DNA of 32,000 bases from Trichlorobacter lovleyi SZ. GTDB lineage: Bacteria > Desulfobacterota > Desulfuromonadia > Geobacterales > Pseudopelobacteraceae. The notes beneath the pieces were generated by a model, which saw only the letters and a program-made list of their open reading frames with translations, had not been told where the DNA came from and searched no databases. Position 1 is the stretch's first letter. Every line of letters starts with the position of its first letter. The stretch lies in contig NC_010814.1 of the NCBI RefSeq assembly GCF_000020385.1, positions 870,001 to 902,000 of the forward strand. The letters run 5' to 3'. Below are positions 8,288 to 15,900 of the stretch, piece by piece. A program made the position numbers and the translations under genes.

Positions 8288-8542
8288 CTAAAGATATTTG
8301 CCGATAATGCCGCCGATGGGAATCAGGAAGGGAATGGTGGCGTTTTGGGTACCAAAAATGGGTACAAAACAGCCACCAATAATCAATGGCGCATTGAAGG
8401 TACCAAATATGTACCCAAATATGCGCCATTGGTCGAAGGTGGCAAATAGTTCCCCATATATGGCACCAAATTGGTAGCCAAAACAGCCACCATGCAGTTC
8501 AGTATCCCAAACAGGTAACCGGGATGGATGCCAAACATTCCC
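8288..8542 (-). other. 84-codon open continuation in the same frame after the TAG at 8545-8543 (G/F/I-rich, no start codon)
   Basis: Codon-by-codon hand translation gives GNVWHPSRLPVWDTELHGGCFGYQFGAIYGELFATFDQWRIFGYIFGTFNAPLIIGGCFVPIFGTQNATIPFLIPIGGIIGKYL*. There is no ATG or GTG in frame; the only in-frame TTG lies about 53 codons in, at 8386-8384. Confidence 0.45.
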
Positions 8543-8884
8543 CTACCACCAGTAGTACCAGCGCCAGTACCACCACGGAGCATAGCAGGGGCGGTAGTCC
8601 GTGCTGGAGAAGGCGTACTTGAGCAGCGTCCAGTATGGTTTACCCTTCACATAGCCATGGTAGAGCCGCACCTGCACCCGATCCATCAGGATGTATGGCA
8701 GCGAGATGCAGGCAATACCGATAGCCCACCACCAGAATGACTTCGGGAAAAAGAGCCCGACCAGCAGGCCTGACATCGAACTGGTCAGCAGCGGCACAGT
8801 TATCGCGACCAGCACCGCCGGCAGCTTCGCCCGTTTCGGCTGCTTCTCTTTTAGCCATTGCTGAGCGTCATAGTATTTGATCAT
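8543..8884 (-). CDS. Small membrane protein with W/Y-rich tail (ends at an in-frame TAG)
   Basis: GGGAGG RBS lies 7 nt before the ATG at 8884. There are two predicted TM segments (LPAVLVAITVPLLTSSMSGLLVGLFF, FWWWAIGIACISLPYIL). The C-terminus is APWWYWRWYYWW. Confidence 0.6.
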   Translation of the reverse strand: MIKYYDAQQWLKEKQPKRAKLPAVLVAITVPLLTSSMSGLLVGLFFPKSFWWWAIGIACISLPYILMDRVQVRLYHGYVKGKPYWTLLKYAFSSTDYRPCYAPWWYWRWYYWW

Positions 8885-8925
8885 CGGAAAACCTCCCTTT
8901 GCGGTTCAGTCGATCAAAACTGTGC

Positions 8926-9570
8926 TTATCCCGGATTAAACAGGCAGGTGAGCTTTGTCCCGCTGTTCAGATAATCAGTGATTTTCCCCTGTAGCTGTTT
9001 GATTTCTTCGACAGTGAAGTTGACAGGATCGGCGACGTGCCATTCCGGGAGCATCTTCAATTCAAAAACAGTCAGATTGAATTTCTTAAGAGTCCTTTTT
9101 TTGAAGAACTTCATCCACCAGAACGGAGGTGTTACCTCGATGCCGAGTCGTCCTGCCAATTCATTGTAAAGCTCTGACTTGGGCGTCAGAAACATATGGC
9201 AATCGACTAAGCAGGTATTGCGAGTCGCGATATCAGTGATGAAGAATTCATCTATTGCCACGCGGTTTTGCAGTAAATACTTTTTTCCGTTCAGTTCCAC
9301 CGGCCATGTCTCAGTATTGCAGATGTAATTGAGCACCAGTTCATGGGCTATCCCCTTGGAGTGTTTGCCATACTCCACCAGACAACCCTCGGGGTAGGCA
9401 AAGGTGGAGGCTGCTCCGCGGTCTATCGGGTGCAGTTCTCTCAGCAGGGTAAGGTCGTAAAAGCACCGCTTTCCCCATTTATCAGGATATTGCCGCTGCA
9501 ACCGCAGTGCTTCATGAACAGTGATGATCGGACTGGAATAATCAGGATACAGGTGCGCCAACAGTCTCAT
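8926..9570 (-). CDS. Hypothetical protein (214 aa), last gene of a four-gene coupled module
   Basis: ORF-track ORF. Its start overlaps the upstream stop (ATGA at 9567-9570). No family recognised. Confidence 0.6.
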   Translation of the reverse strand: MRLLAHLYPDYSSPIITVHEALRLQRQYPDKWGKRCFYDLTLLRELHPIDRGAASTFAYPEGCLVEYGKHSKGIAHELVLNYICNTETWPVELNGKKYLLQNRVAIDEFFITDIATRNTCLVDCHMFLTPKSELYNELAGRLGIEVTPPFWWMKFFKKRTLKKFNLTVFELKMLPEWHVADPVNFTVEEIKQLQGKITDYLNSGTKLTCLFNPG

Positions 9571-10037
9571 AAATCCTTCTTGATAATTGTGTAATCAGGC
9601 GACAGTAGATTGATGGCCTTGCCGACGGCGATATCCAGCATGATCACCTCCTGGGCGCTCAGATAGACCTCGCCGGCAGGCATGCCATTGTCAGCCACAC
9701 TGACTTCCAGGGACTGGATGCCGTTCTTCTGCCGGGCAATCATGTTGAGTGCCTGCGGATTGAAGTCATCATCATGAAAAAGTGCCATCGCCAGTTCGAT
9801 CTTGCTGCCCGCCTTGCTGCTCCGTTTCCAGTAGGCCTGCATGAAGTAGCTCAGGGTGGACTTCACCATGGCCAGTTCAAACAGGTCATTGAAGATGACA
9901 AAATCCCAGAAACTGACCTTGACGTTGGTATTCCTGTCGAACCGATTCACGTGATGACTTCCGGAATCCTTGAGCTCGCGCCATGATATCTCTGCCGTGG
10001 CGTACACGCAGATTCCCTTAAATTCGAAATCAATCAT
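9567..10037 (-). CDS. Hypothetical protein (156 aa)
   Basis: ORF-track ORF with an 8-nt overlap with the upstream gene (10030-10037). No family recognised. Confidence 0.6.
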   Translation of the reverse strand: MIDFEFKGICVYATAEISWRELKDSGSHHVNRFDRNTNVKVSFWDFVIFNDLFELAMVKSTLSYFMQAYWKRSSKAGSKIELAMALFHDDDFNPQALNMIARQKNGIQSLEVSVADNGMPAGEVYLSAQEVIMLDIAVGKAINLLSPDYTIIKKDL

Positions 10038-10518
10038 TTTTCTCCACCTCCTTCCAGAGCTTGCTCAGATACGTTGCCGATACTTTCAGTTTCCGCTTGC
10101 TCTGCAGATAGCCGGCAATAACACGAAAGCCCATGCCATCGGACTTCAGGGCTTTCACTTCACCCCAATAGGCCAGGATCTTCCGGCGCAGGACCGGTTT
10201 CCTCCCCCTGGTGACAAGGGTCGCTGCCGCCGCTCGCCGCAGATGAGTGAAATCTTCGTACTGCTCCTGATCCGCCACCCGGTAGCCTTTACCTTTGATC
10301 GTGTCCCACCCCCCCTTGCGGGCGGCCATGACAAAGGCGCAGTACTTGGTGATCCTGCCGGAAAGATCAGGCCGCTCGCCCTTGAGCTGGAACGAACGCT
10401 TCACCCCGTCCTGGAAGATCTCGATGATCTGCTCTTCCGGCAGCGAAGCCACCCAGGAAAAGAGCTTCTTCCGCTCATGTTCCGTCAGGCCGGTAATCAG
10501 GTTCAGTTGTTCGGTCAT
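10030..10518 (-). CDS. Hypothetical protein (162 aa) with probable C-terminal helix-turn-helix
   Basis: The C-terminus RKILAYWGEVKALKSDGMGFRVIAGYLQSKRKLKVSATYLSKLW resembles resolvase/Hin-type HTH. The ATG lies 1 nt after the upstream stop (TGAcATG). Confidence 0.55.
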   Translation of the reverse strand: MTEQLNLITGLTEHERKKLFSWVASLPEEQIIEIFQDGVKRSFQLKGERPDLSGRITKYCAFVMAARKGGWDTIKGKGYRVADQEQYEDFTHLRRAAAATLVTRGRKPVLRRKILAYWGEVKALKSDGMGFRVIAGYLQSKRKLKVSATYLSKLWKEVEKND

Positions 10519-10519
10519 G

Positions 10520-11485
10520 TCATCCTCTCGTGTAGGTCAGGATCTCCCGCAGCCGGAAATGGGAGGTTTCCAGGGAAGTCTGCTGCAAGGCCTGCTCGTG
10601 TGTCAGGCCATGGGCGATGCATTCCAGGTAGCGTTCTTGGGCGAAGTTATGCTTGAGCCCGTGACTGCCACGGCCCGGGGCATACTGGCCGGTCTGGTGA
10701 GCTGCGGCATTGATTGCCTCTACATAGGCGAAATAATCGCTTTCAAGTTTTCCGTGCCGGGAGATATATTCTTCCAGCCTTTGGTAGGTCGAGACTGAGA
10801 CGAAGTGCTCGGTCTTTTTGCCACCTTTCTCCACCGAGGCGACAACACCTACTGGAGAGGAGGTGACTGGATCGGCACTGATGCCGCGCAGCCCGTTACT
10901 GGTCAGCGGGTTTTTCAGCCGCCGGTTGCTGGGAGCGCCGACACCTTCGGTGCGCAGACCGCCTTCGTACTGCAGTGACGCCTGCAACTGGAAAGTCCCG
11001 TCACTGATGGCGGCGATCAGCCGAACCGGATCGGGATAGGCCCGGTTGTCGAAGAGCTTGCTCGACTTCCGGAGTTGAGTTCTGCTTCTGGCGTAGAAGT
11101 CCATGCGCAGTTTTTCTGCCTCCAGGCGGGGAATCTTCAGAGCATGGATCTCGATATAATGATTGATGGCGTACTCGAACTTTCCCAGGGCCGACAGGAT
11201 GGTCTCCATGGTCTGACGGGAGCGTTTCTTTTCGACATAGTGCGCCAGCCGCTCCTCCAGGTACGCCGCCATGTCGTCGTGAGCGGACGCGGTATCAAGA
11301 ATGGAAGTCCGTCCGTTTCCGATCATGAACTCAACGAAGCGATGGGCCTCGTATTTGTAGACCTTCCAGGAGCCGAAGGAACGGATGCCCAGGGCGCTGT
11401 CCGCCTTTGCCTCACGGATCGAGCGGACCGCGTGGAAAATCGCTTCTGTCTGGGAGTGCAGTGATGTCGGCCACCTGTGTTTCAT
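10520..11485 (-). CDS. Divergent tyrosine-recombinase-like protein (321 aa)
   Basis: Motifs occur in the order expected for the integrase catalytic domain: GGLRTEG (Arg I), VEKGGKKTEHFV (beta-hairpin Lys), HGLKHNFA (HxxR box, but with Lys), C-terminal LTYTRG (candidate Tyr). Confidence 0.55.
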   Translation of the reverse strand: MKHRWPTSLHSQTEAIFHAVRSIREAKADSALGIRSFGSWKVYKYEAHRFVEFMIGNGRTSILDTASAHDDMAAYLEERLAHYVEKKRSRQTMETILSALGKFEYAINHYIEIHALKIPRLEAEKLRMDFYARSRTQLRKSSKLFDNRAYPDPVRLIAAISDGTFQLQASLQYEGGLRTEGVGAPSNRRLKNPLTSNGLRGISADPVTSSPVGVVASVEKGGKKTEHFVSVSTYQRLEEYISRHGKLESDYFAYVEAINAAAHQTGQYAPGRGSHGLKHNFAQERYLECIAHGLTHEQALQQTSLETSHFRLREILTYTRG

Positions 11486-11988
11486 TAATTACCTCTGACC
11501 GTTGCCGGCCCGCGTGGTGAGATGACATGCTCTTTTTCCGGCATCGCCATGCCGACGGTAGCAGCTCCGTCTTCCTGCTTTTCGTAGTGTCCCTTGTATC
11601 CGGACCGGGCAGGGATTCCTGCCGTCTGTCCTGCTGTCTGTCATGAACCGGGACGCTACCGGTGGTTCACATCAAACAGGTCCTCGATTGTGCTGTTCCG
11701 GGAAACGCCTCGCCACTGCGTTCAGGACTCAGGGGCCGATACCTGATCCGCCATCTAATGGTTTCCGGTACAACGTTCGATCATGCGAGGGGGAGGTGCA
11801 TTGACCTCGACATGAAAGGGCTCTGCTTAGGTTGGCCAATCCCTTGGGTGGTGTCCGGCCGGGCCATAAGACTCACCAGCTCTTGGTACACCGTGCAATG
11901 ATGCTGCGAAAAATCTCTCCTATCTGAAAAGTCGTAACTGTTTTGTTTGTTTCCAATATCCAGGCAACATACTGATTAATCATAGCTT

Positions 11989-12990
11989 TCAGTGGGTGTG
12001 CTCACCGGTAATGCCGGTATTTGTGATCATTTGTGAGCGGCTTTCCCAGGCAGTCAGCCTGGCAAGCGCAACTGCTCCCTCTTCCGGAATGCACTGTCCG
12101 AATGGTGATGAAACCTTGATATCATCGATGAATTTCTGACGTGCCTCTTCGGACAGTGAGTGCCAGTAGTCGTCCCGTTCTATTGACTCCTGTGCTTCTG
12201 TCTCGCTCAGTTTTTCCTGCTTGTCTTTCTCGGCACGTTTCCGTTCTGCGGCAGCCTTTGACTTGGCAGCGCGAACATACGGAGGCTCATACAATTCCGG
12301 TAAAACGGGGTTCACGCAGAGGGACTGGAGATAGCCGCCGGGGTTCCGGATCTCCTTGTGCTCCCGTCGCCAGGATACTGCGGCGATATCAGCAGCCAGT
12401 TCGACCTTTTCCTCGCCGTGGCGCTTGATCAGAACGATCAGTTCATTGTCAGAAACGACTGAAAAGGGAGTGTCAGACAACAACGAGTGGATCTGTTCTG
12501 TTGTTGTCTTTTCTATCTTCTTTTCTGTTCTGTTCTCTGGCGTGACGTCACGTGACCGGTCAACGTGACTGTCACGTGACACGTCGCCAGGCTCTGGAAG
12601 AGCAAGAAGATTGTCGCGCTGCTTTTTCCGGTGTCGCTGTTTGCGCTCCCGGTCATTTTCCCGGCGCTTTTCCAGCTTGTCTTCGCTCTGATACTTGCTC
12701 CAATTGGCAATGAAAATTATGCCGTCCTGCTGGTCGATCATTTCCAGACCGGCAAAGATGGTAAGACCGAGCTGAACTGTCGGCAGGGCAATATCCGTCA
12801 CCATGCTGATGGTTTCAGCTGTGTATGGCAGGCTGTCGGAAACCATCAGGTATCCCCCTCGGTTGCATTTACCGGCTTCCGCCAGCATCAGAAGCCAGAG
12901 CAAGACGAGCGTATTGCCTTCCGGTCCTTTGCGGATCATCTTGATTTTCCGATGATCCAGTATGTTGCACATGATCTTGATCCAATCCAT
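11989..12990 (-). CDS. Phage/plasmid replisome-organizer-like replication protein
   Basis: The N-terminus MDWIKIMCNILDHRKIKMIRKGPEGNTLVLLWLLMLAEAGK...IANWSKYQ is typical of the phage replisome-organizer N-terminal domain. A basic/acidic low-complexity linker follows. Confidence 0.7.
   Translation of the reverse strand: MDWIKIMCNILDHRKIKMIRKGPEGNTLVLLWLLMLAEAGKCNRGGYLMVSDSLPYTAETISMVTDIALPTVQLGLTIFAGLEMIDQQDGIIFIANWSKYQSEDKLEKRRENDRERKQRHRKKQRDNLLALPEPGDVSRDSHVDRSRDVTPENRTEKKIEKTTTEQIHSLLSDTPFSVVSDNELIVLIKRHGEEKVELAADIAAVSWRREHKEIRNPGGYLQSLCVNPVLPELYEPPYVRAAKSKAAAERKRAEKDKQEKLSETEAQESIERDDYWHSLSEEARQKFIDDIKVSSPFGQCIPEEGAVALARLTAWESRSQMITNTGITGEHTH
12541..12586. repeat. Iteron-like cluster: four CGTGAC cores (three as ACGTGAC, two as the palindrome GTCACGTGAC)
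   Basis: CGTGAC is seen at 12541, 12551, 12564 and 12575, a spacing of 10-13 nt. A roughly 47-nt pyrimidine-only-rich tract (12494-12540) lies immediately beside it. All of this is inside the replisome-organizer gene linker. Confidence 0.5.
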
Positions 12991-13020
12991 CTTAATACCT
13001 TTTGTCCGGCAGTAAGGCGA

Positions 13021-13269
13021 TCAGGCTGTACTGCATGCTGTAGACCCGGGTGTGACTCCGGCCTTTCTGCACTGCACCGCTGACGAGTGAGGATTTGCCG
13101 GATCGTATAGGGTCAGCATCTCGACTTGTGCCCTGACGCTTTCCTGCTTCATTTTCTCGTTCACCAGGCGGATCACTCCGACACTGAGGATTGAAGTAAT
13201 TCGATTGAGGCGTTGTTCAGGAGTCATGTGGAAATTTCTCGATAGCTGTTTCAGCTGGACACAGAACAT
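13021..13269 (-). CDS. Possible small Cro/excisionase-position ORF (82 aa, or 68 aa from the ATG at 13227)
   Basis: It occupies the position of a first leftward gene opposite the repressor, but neither candidate ATG has a convincing RBS and no family was recognised. Confidence 0.3.
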   Translation of the reverse strand: MFCVQLKQLSRNFHMTPEQRLNRITSILSVGVIRLVNEKMKQESVRAQVEMLTLYDPANPHSSAVQCRKAGVTPGSTACSTA

Positions 13270-13283
13270 TTCATTGTGTTATT

Positions 13284-13352
13284 TGTTACCATAATTAATC
13301 TTCAGTTTACGCTATCGCGTAATAATGTTACTATTAATAGTAAATATGTTAC
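13284..13352. promoter_or_regulatory. Divergent switch region with three (A/T)ATNTGTTAC(C/T) repeats (candidate operators)
   Basis: TGTTAC occurs at 13284-13289, 13326-13331 and 13347-13352, a spacing of 42 and 21 nt. The repeats sit in an AT-rich 104-bp spacer between the divergent leftward ORF and the XRE repressor. Confidence 0.45.
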
Positions 13353-13379
13353 CTTGTCAAGGGGTTTTTAGGGGTGTCT

Positions 13380-14111
13380 ATGCGCATTGCTGAATTGTTT
13401 CGCAGAGCCAGGGAAGCAAAGGGGCTGAAGCAATCGGATATTGCGGATCAGTGCGGTATTTCACGGTCGGCACTCGCCCGTTTTGAGACGGGGTCATTGC
13501 GCCTTGCCGAGGAGACATTGTTACTGATAGCTCCACTCCTCGACATAGATCCCGAGTTTCTGCGCGGTAATGCCAAGATTCCGTTCAAAAGCCCGACCGG
13601 ATCGCTGATCAAGTATGTAGTTGACAAATACCACGTCAACAGTGACGTGCTTCTTTCGAGACTCCTTGCGCTAAGCGATGTTCTTGAAATCTATTACTTG
13701 TCTCCGCCTCTCACGATTGTTGATCGCATTCGTCACCTCAATGTTGCCTCAAATCCGACCTATGCTCTTCTTATGAAAGATGAGGCCGGGAATGTTTATC
13801 TGTTCAGATGTAAGTCTCCCAAGGACTTTCTTGCCTGGGATGACAGTATCTCTTCATGGCAGAATGAACAGCGCAAAATGGCCGGGAAAGGCGGCCACTT
13901 CGAACCGTTGATTATCTCAAAGGAATTGTTTGAGAAGATTCGTGATTGGCAGGACATCGACAAGGAAGACCTTGATGCCGTGTTCAGCCAGAAGACTGAG
14001 AATCTCATCTATAAAGGGATTGCCCTCAGCGAAGCGGAAAAGAAATTGATTCTTTTCATTCGTGACCACCATCTCGATCCTGAAGAAACCATCCAGAAAC
14101 TCCAGCAGTAA
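13380..14111 (+). CDS. XRE-family (cI-like) HTH transcriptional regulator with C-terminal domain of unknown type
   Basis: The N-terminus LFRRAREAKGLKQSDIADQCGISRSALARFETG is a classic HTH_XRE. I prefer the ATG at 13380 (AGGGGT RBS) over the GTG at 13374. Confidence 0.8.
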   Translation: MRIAELFRRAREAKGLKQSDIADQCGISRSALARFETGSLRLAEETLLLIAPLLDIDPEFLRGNAKIPFKSPTGSLIKYVVDKYHVNSDVLLSRLLALSDVLEIYYLSPPLTIVDRIRHLNVASNPTYALLMKDEAGNVYLFRCKSPKDFLAWDDSISSWQNEQRKMAGKGGHFEPLIISKELFEKIRDWQDIDKEDLDAVFSQKTENLIYKGIALSEAEKKLILFIRDHHLDPEETIQKLQQ

Positions 14112-14180
14112 ATCTCCCTACTTTGCCCAGTTGATAGCACCTTGCCGTGGCGATTTCCGGCAGATGGATAATTGTGTCTC

Positions 14181-14209
14181 TTGAATATACAACGGGTATC
14201 TGATACACT
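14181..14209 (+). promoter_or_regulatory. Candidate sigma70 promoter TTGAAT-N17-TACACT for the recombinase gene
   Basis: Hexamers at 14181-14186 and 14204-14209, upstream of the GGAGGT RBS and the ATG at 14232. Confidence 0.3.
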
Positions 14210-14231
14210 TGCAAAACTTTTGGAGGTGTCT

Positions 14232-15866
14232 ATGGCTGAAATTGCTGATAATGATCGCAAGTGTGCACTATACGTCCGGGTGTCGACAATCAACCAGGCC
14301 GAGGACGGCGAGTCCCTCGACGAGCAGGTTCAGACTCTGAAGAGCTATTGCTCCTACCGTAAATGGCAGAATTGTACGGTGTATCGGGAGGAAGGCTTTT
14401 CGGGGAAGGATCTGAAGAGGCCGGCGTTTCAGCAGATGGTTGCCGATATACGCAAGGGGAAGATCAATACGGTCATCGTGAAAAAGATTGACCGTCTCTC
14501 CCGCTCGATCATCGATTTCGAAAACGTTTACAAGTCTTTCCAGGACCAAGGTGTCGATCTTATCTCGACACAGGAGAATTTCGACACATCGACCGCAATC
14601 GGCAGAAGCGTCATCAGGATCGTGCTCATTTTCGCTCAGCTGGAACGGGAGCAAACTTCGGAACGAACTATCGATGTCATGGCGCACCGGGCGAAACAGG
14701 GAATGTTCAACGGCGGCTATCCCCGACTCGGCTACGACATAGACTATGAAAATAAATGCCTTGTCCCGAATGAAGATGAGATCCCCATTGCGAAAGAGGT
14801 TTTCACAACCTATCTGAAGCTGGGCTCATTGAGCGAAACTGCCAAGTCGCTCAATGAGCGAGGGTATCGGGTGAAAACCTGGACAACCCAGGCAGGGCGG
14901 ACACGAGGGGGAGATAAATTCCAGAAAAACAATGTCAGCCGGATGCTGAACGATCCGGTGTATATCGGCAAGGTGCGATACAAGAGCGGAATCTATGATG
15001 GACAGCAGCCGGCGATCATCAGCGAGGAGCTTTTCGAAGCTGTCCAGACGATTCTTCAGGCGAACAATATCTCCAAAACCGGCTACCGCCAGAACGAGAA
15101 TACCTTTTATCTGAAAGGATTGGTCAGATGCGGGTCATGCCGTTCATCCATGTCACCGAGCTTTTCCTATTCCAAGGGGAAGAAATACTACTATTACCGA
15201 TGCATGGTAAATAATGACCACAGCAAGGATCAATGCCGGATCGGCAGCGTCCATGCCCGTAAGCTGGAAGACCTGGTTGTGAATGAGCTGAAATTTCTTG
15301 CCGGTGATCCACGGATTATTGATGGTGTCGTCGAGAATGCTTCAAAGGAGCAGCGGGAAAAGGTGAAGGCGCTTGCCGCCAAGAAGAAGGTATTGACGGA
15401 TCGGCTGACCCAGGTTGACAAGAAGGCGAAAAATCTGCTTGAGGTCCTTGGGGAGGGGGGCACCCAGAATAATCGCTCTGGCTACATCACCAAGGAGCTT
15501 GACGGGCTGGAGATTCAGGCGAAGCAGATGCGGAAAGAAATCGAAGCCATTGAGTTCGAATCGAATGACCTGGAGAATAAGATTCTCAGCGCCGACATGA
15601 TCCGGGAAAATTTCAAAATCTTCAAGGACGTGTATGAGCACCTGACCCATGACGAGAAATATGATCTGCTGCACCTGCTCGTGAAGAAGGTCGTCTATTT
15701 TGAAGAAGAGGGAAAAGACAAGGACGGCAAGAAGGTGGGGAAAATAAAAATGGATCTATGGGAGCTGCCTCCCATAGATCCATCTATACTGAGCTCAGCA
15801 AAGGATTTTGCTGAGCGTCATGTTTGGCTCCCCAGCGCGGACTCGAACCACGGACATGGTGATTAA
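14232..15866 (+). CDS. Large serine recombinase (integrase)
   Basis: Catalytic N-domain ALYVRVSTINQ ... KIDRLSRS, a recombinase domain, a zinc-ribbon (CGSCRSS...YYRCMVNNDHSKDQC) and a coiled-coil. Start taken at MAEIADN (GGAGGTG RBS). The 3' end of the ORF reads through the tRNA terminator and 42 nt of antisense tRNA-Asn. Confidence 0.9.
   Translation: MAEIADNDRKCALYVRVSTINQAEDGESLDEQVQTLKSYCSYRKWQNCTVYREEGFSGKDLKRPAFQQMVADIRKGKINTVIVKKIDRLSRSIIDFENVYKSFQDQGVDLISTQENFDTSTAIGRSVIRIVLIFAQLEREQTSERTIDVMAHRAKQGMFNGGYPRLGYDIDYENKCLVPNEDEIPIAKEVFTTYLKLGSLSETAKSLNERGYRVKTWTTQAGRTRGGDKFQKNNVSRMLNDPVYIGKVRYKSGIYDGQQPAIISEELFEAVQTILQANNISKTGYRQNENTFYLKGLVRCGSCRSSMSPSFSYSKGKKYYYYRCMVNNDHSKDQCRIGSVHARKLEDLVVNELKFLAGDPRIIDGVVENASKEQREKVKALAAKKKVLTDRLTQVDKKAKNLLEVLGEGGTQNNRSGYITKELDGLEIQAKQMRKEIEAIEFESNDLENKILSADMIRENFKIFKDVYEHLTHDEKYDLLHLLVKKVVYFEEEGKDKDGKKVGKIKMDLWELPPIDPSILSSAKDFAERHVWLPSADSNHGHGD
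15741..15782 (-). terminator. Intrinsic terminator downstream of tRNA-Asn (minus strand)
   Basis: Minus-strand reading is TGGATCTATGGGA-GGCAGC-TCCCATAGATCCA, a perfect 13-bp stem, followed by TTTTTATTTT. A second 9-bp hairpin (GCTCAGCAA-N6-TTGCTGAGC, 15793-15816) lies between it and the tRNA. Confidence 0.7.
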
Positions 15867-15900
15867 CAGTCACCCGCTCTACCGACTGAGCTACTGGGGA
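15825..15900 (-). tRNA. tRNA-Asn (anticodon GUU), CCA encoded
   Basis: Hand-folded cloverleaf: acceptor TCCCCAG/CTGGGGA, D-stem GCTC/GAGC, anticodon stem GGTGA/TCACC with loop CTGTTAA, T-stem CGTGG/CCGCG with TTCGAGT loop, discriminator G + CCA. Length 76 nt. Confidence 0.92.

Noticed and set aside
8383-8583. 66-aa minus-strand ORF overlapping the end of the membrane-protein gene
   Set aside because: It is in a different frame across the same repeats and has no RBS. The frame continuing the upstream gene gives a more coherent, repeat-structured hydrophobic sequence.
11662-11901. 79-aa plus-strand ORF in the long spacer
   Set aside because: It has no Shine-Dalgarno and odd composition, and it is oriented against every neighbouring gene. 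The region is treated as non-coding (see the finding at 11486-11988).
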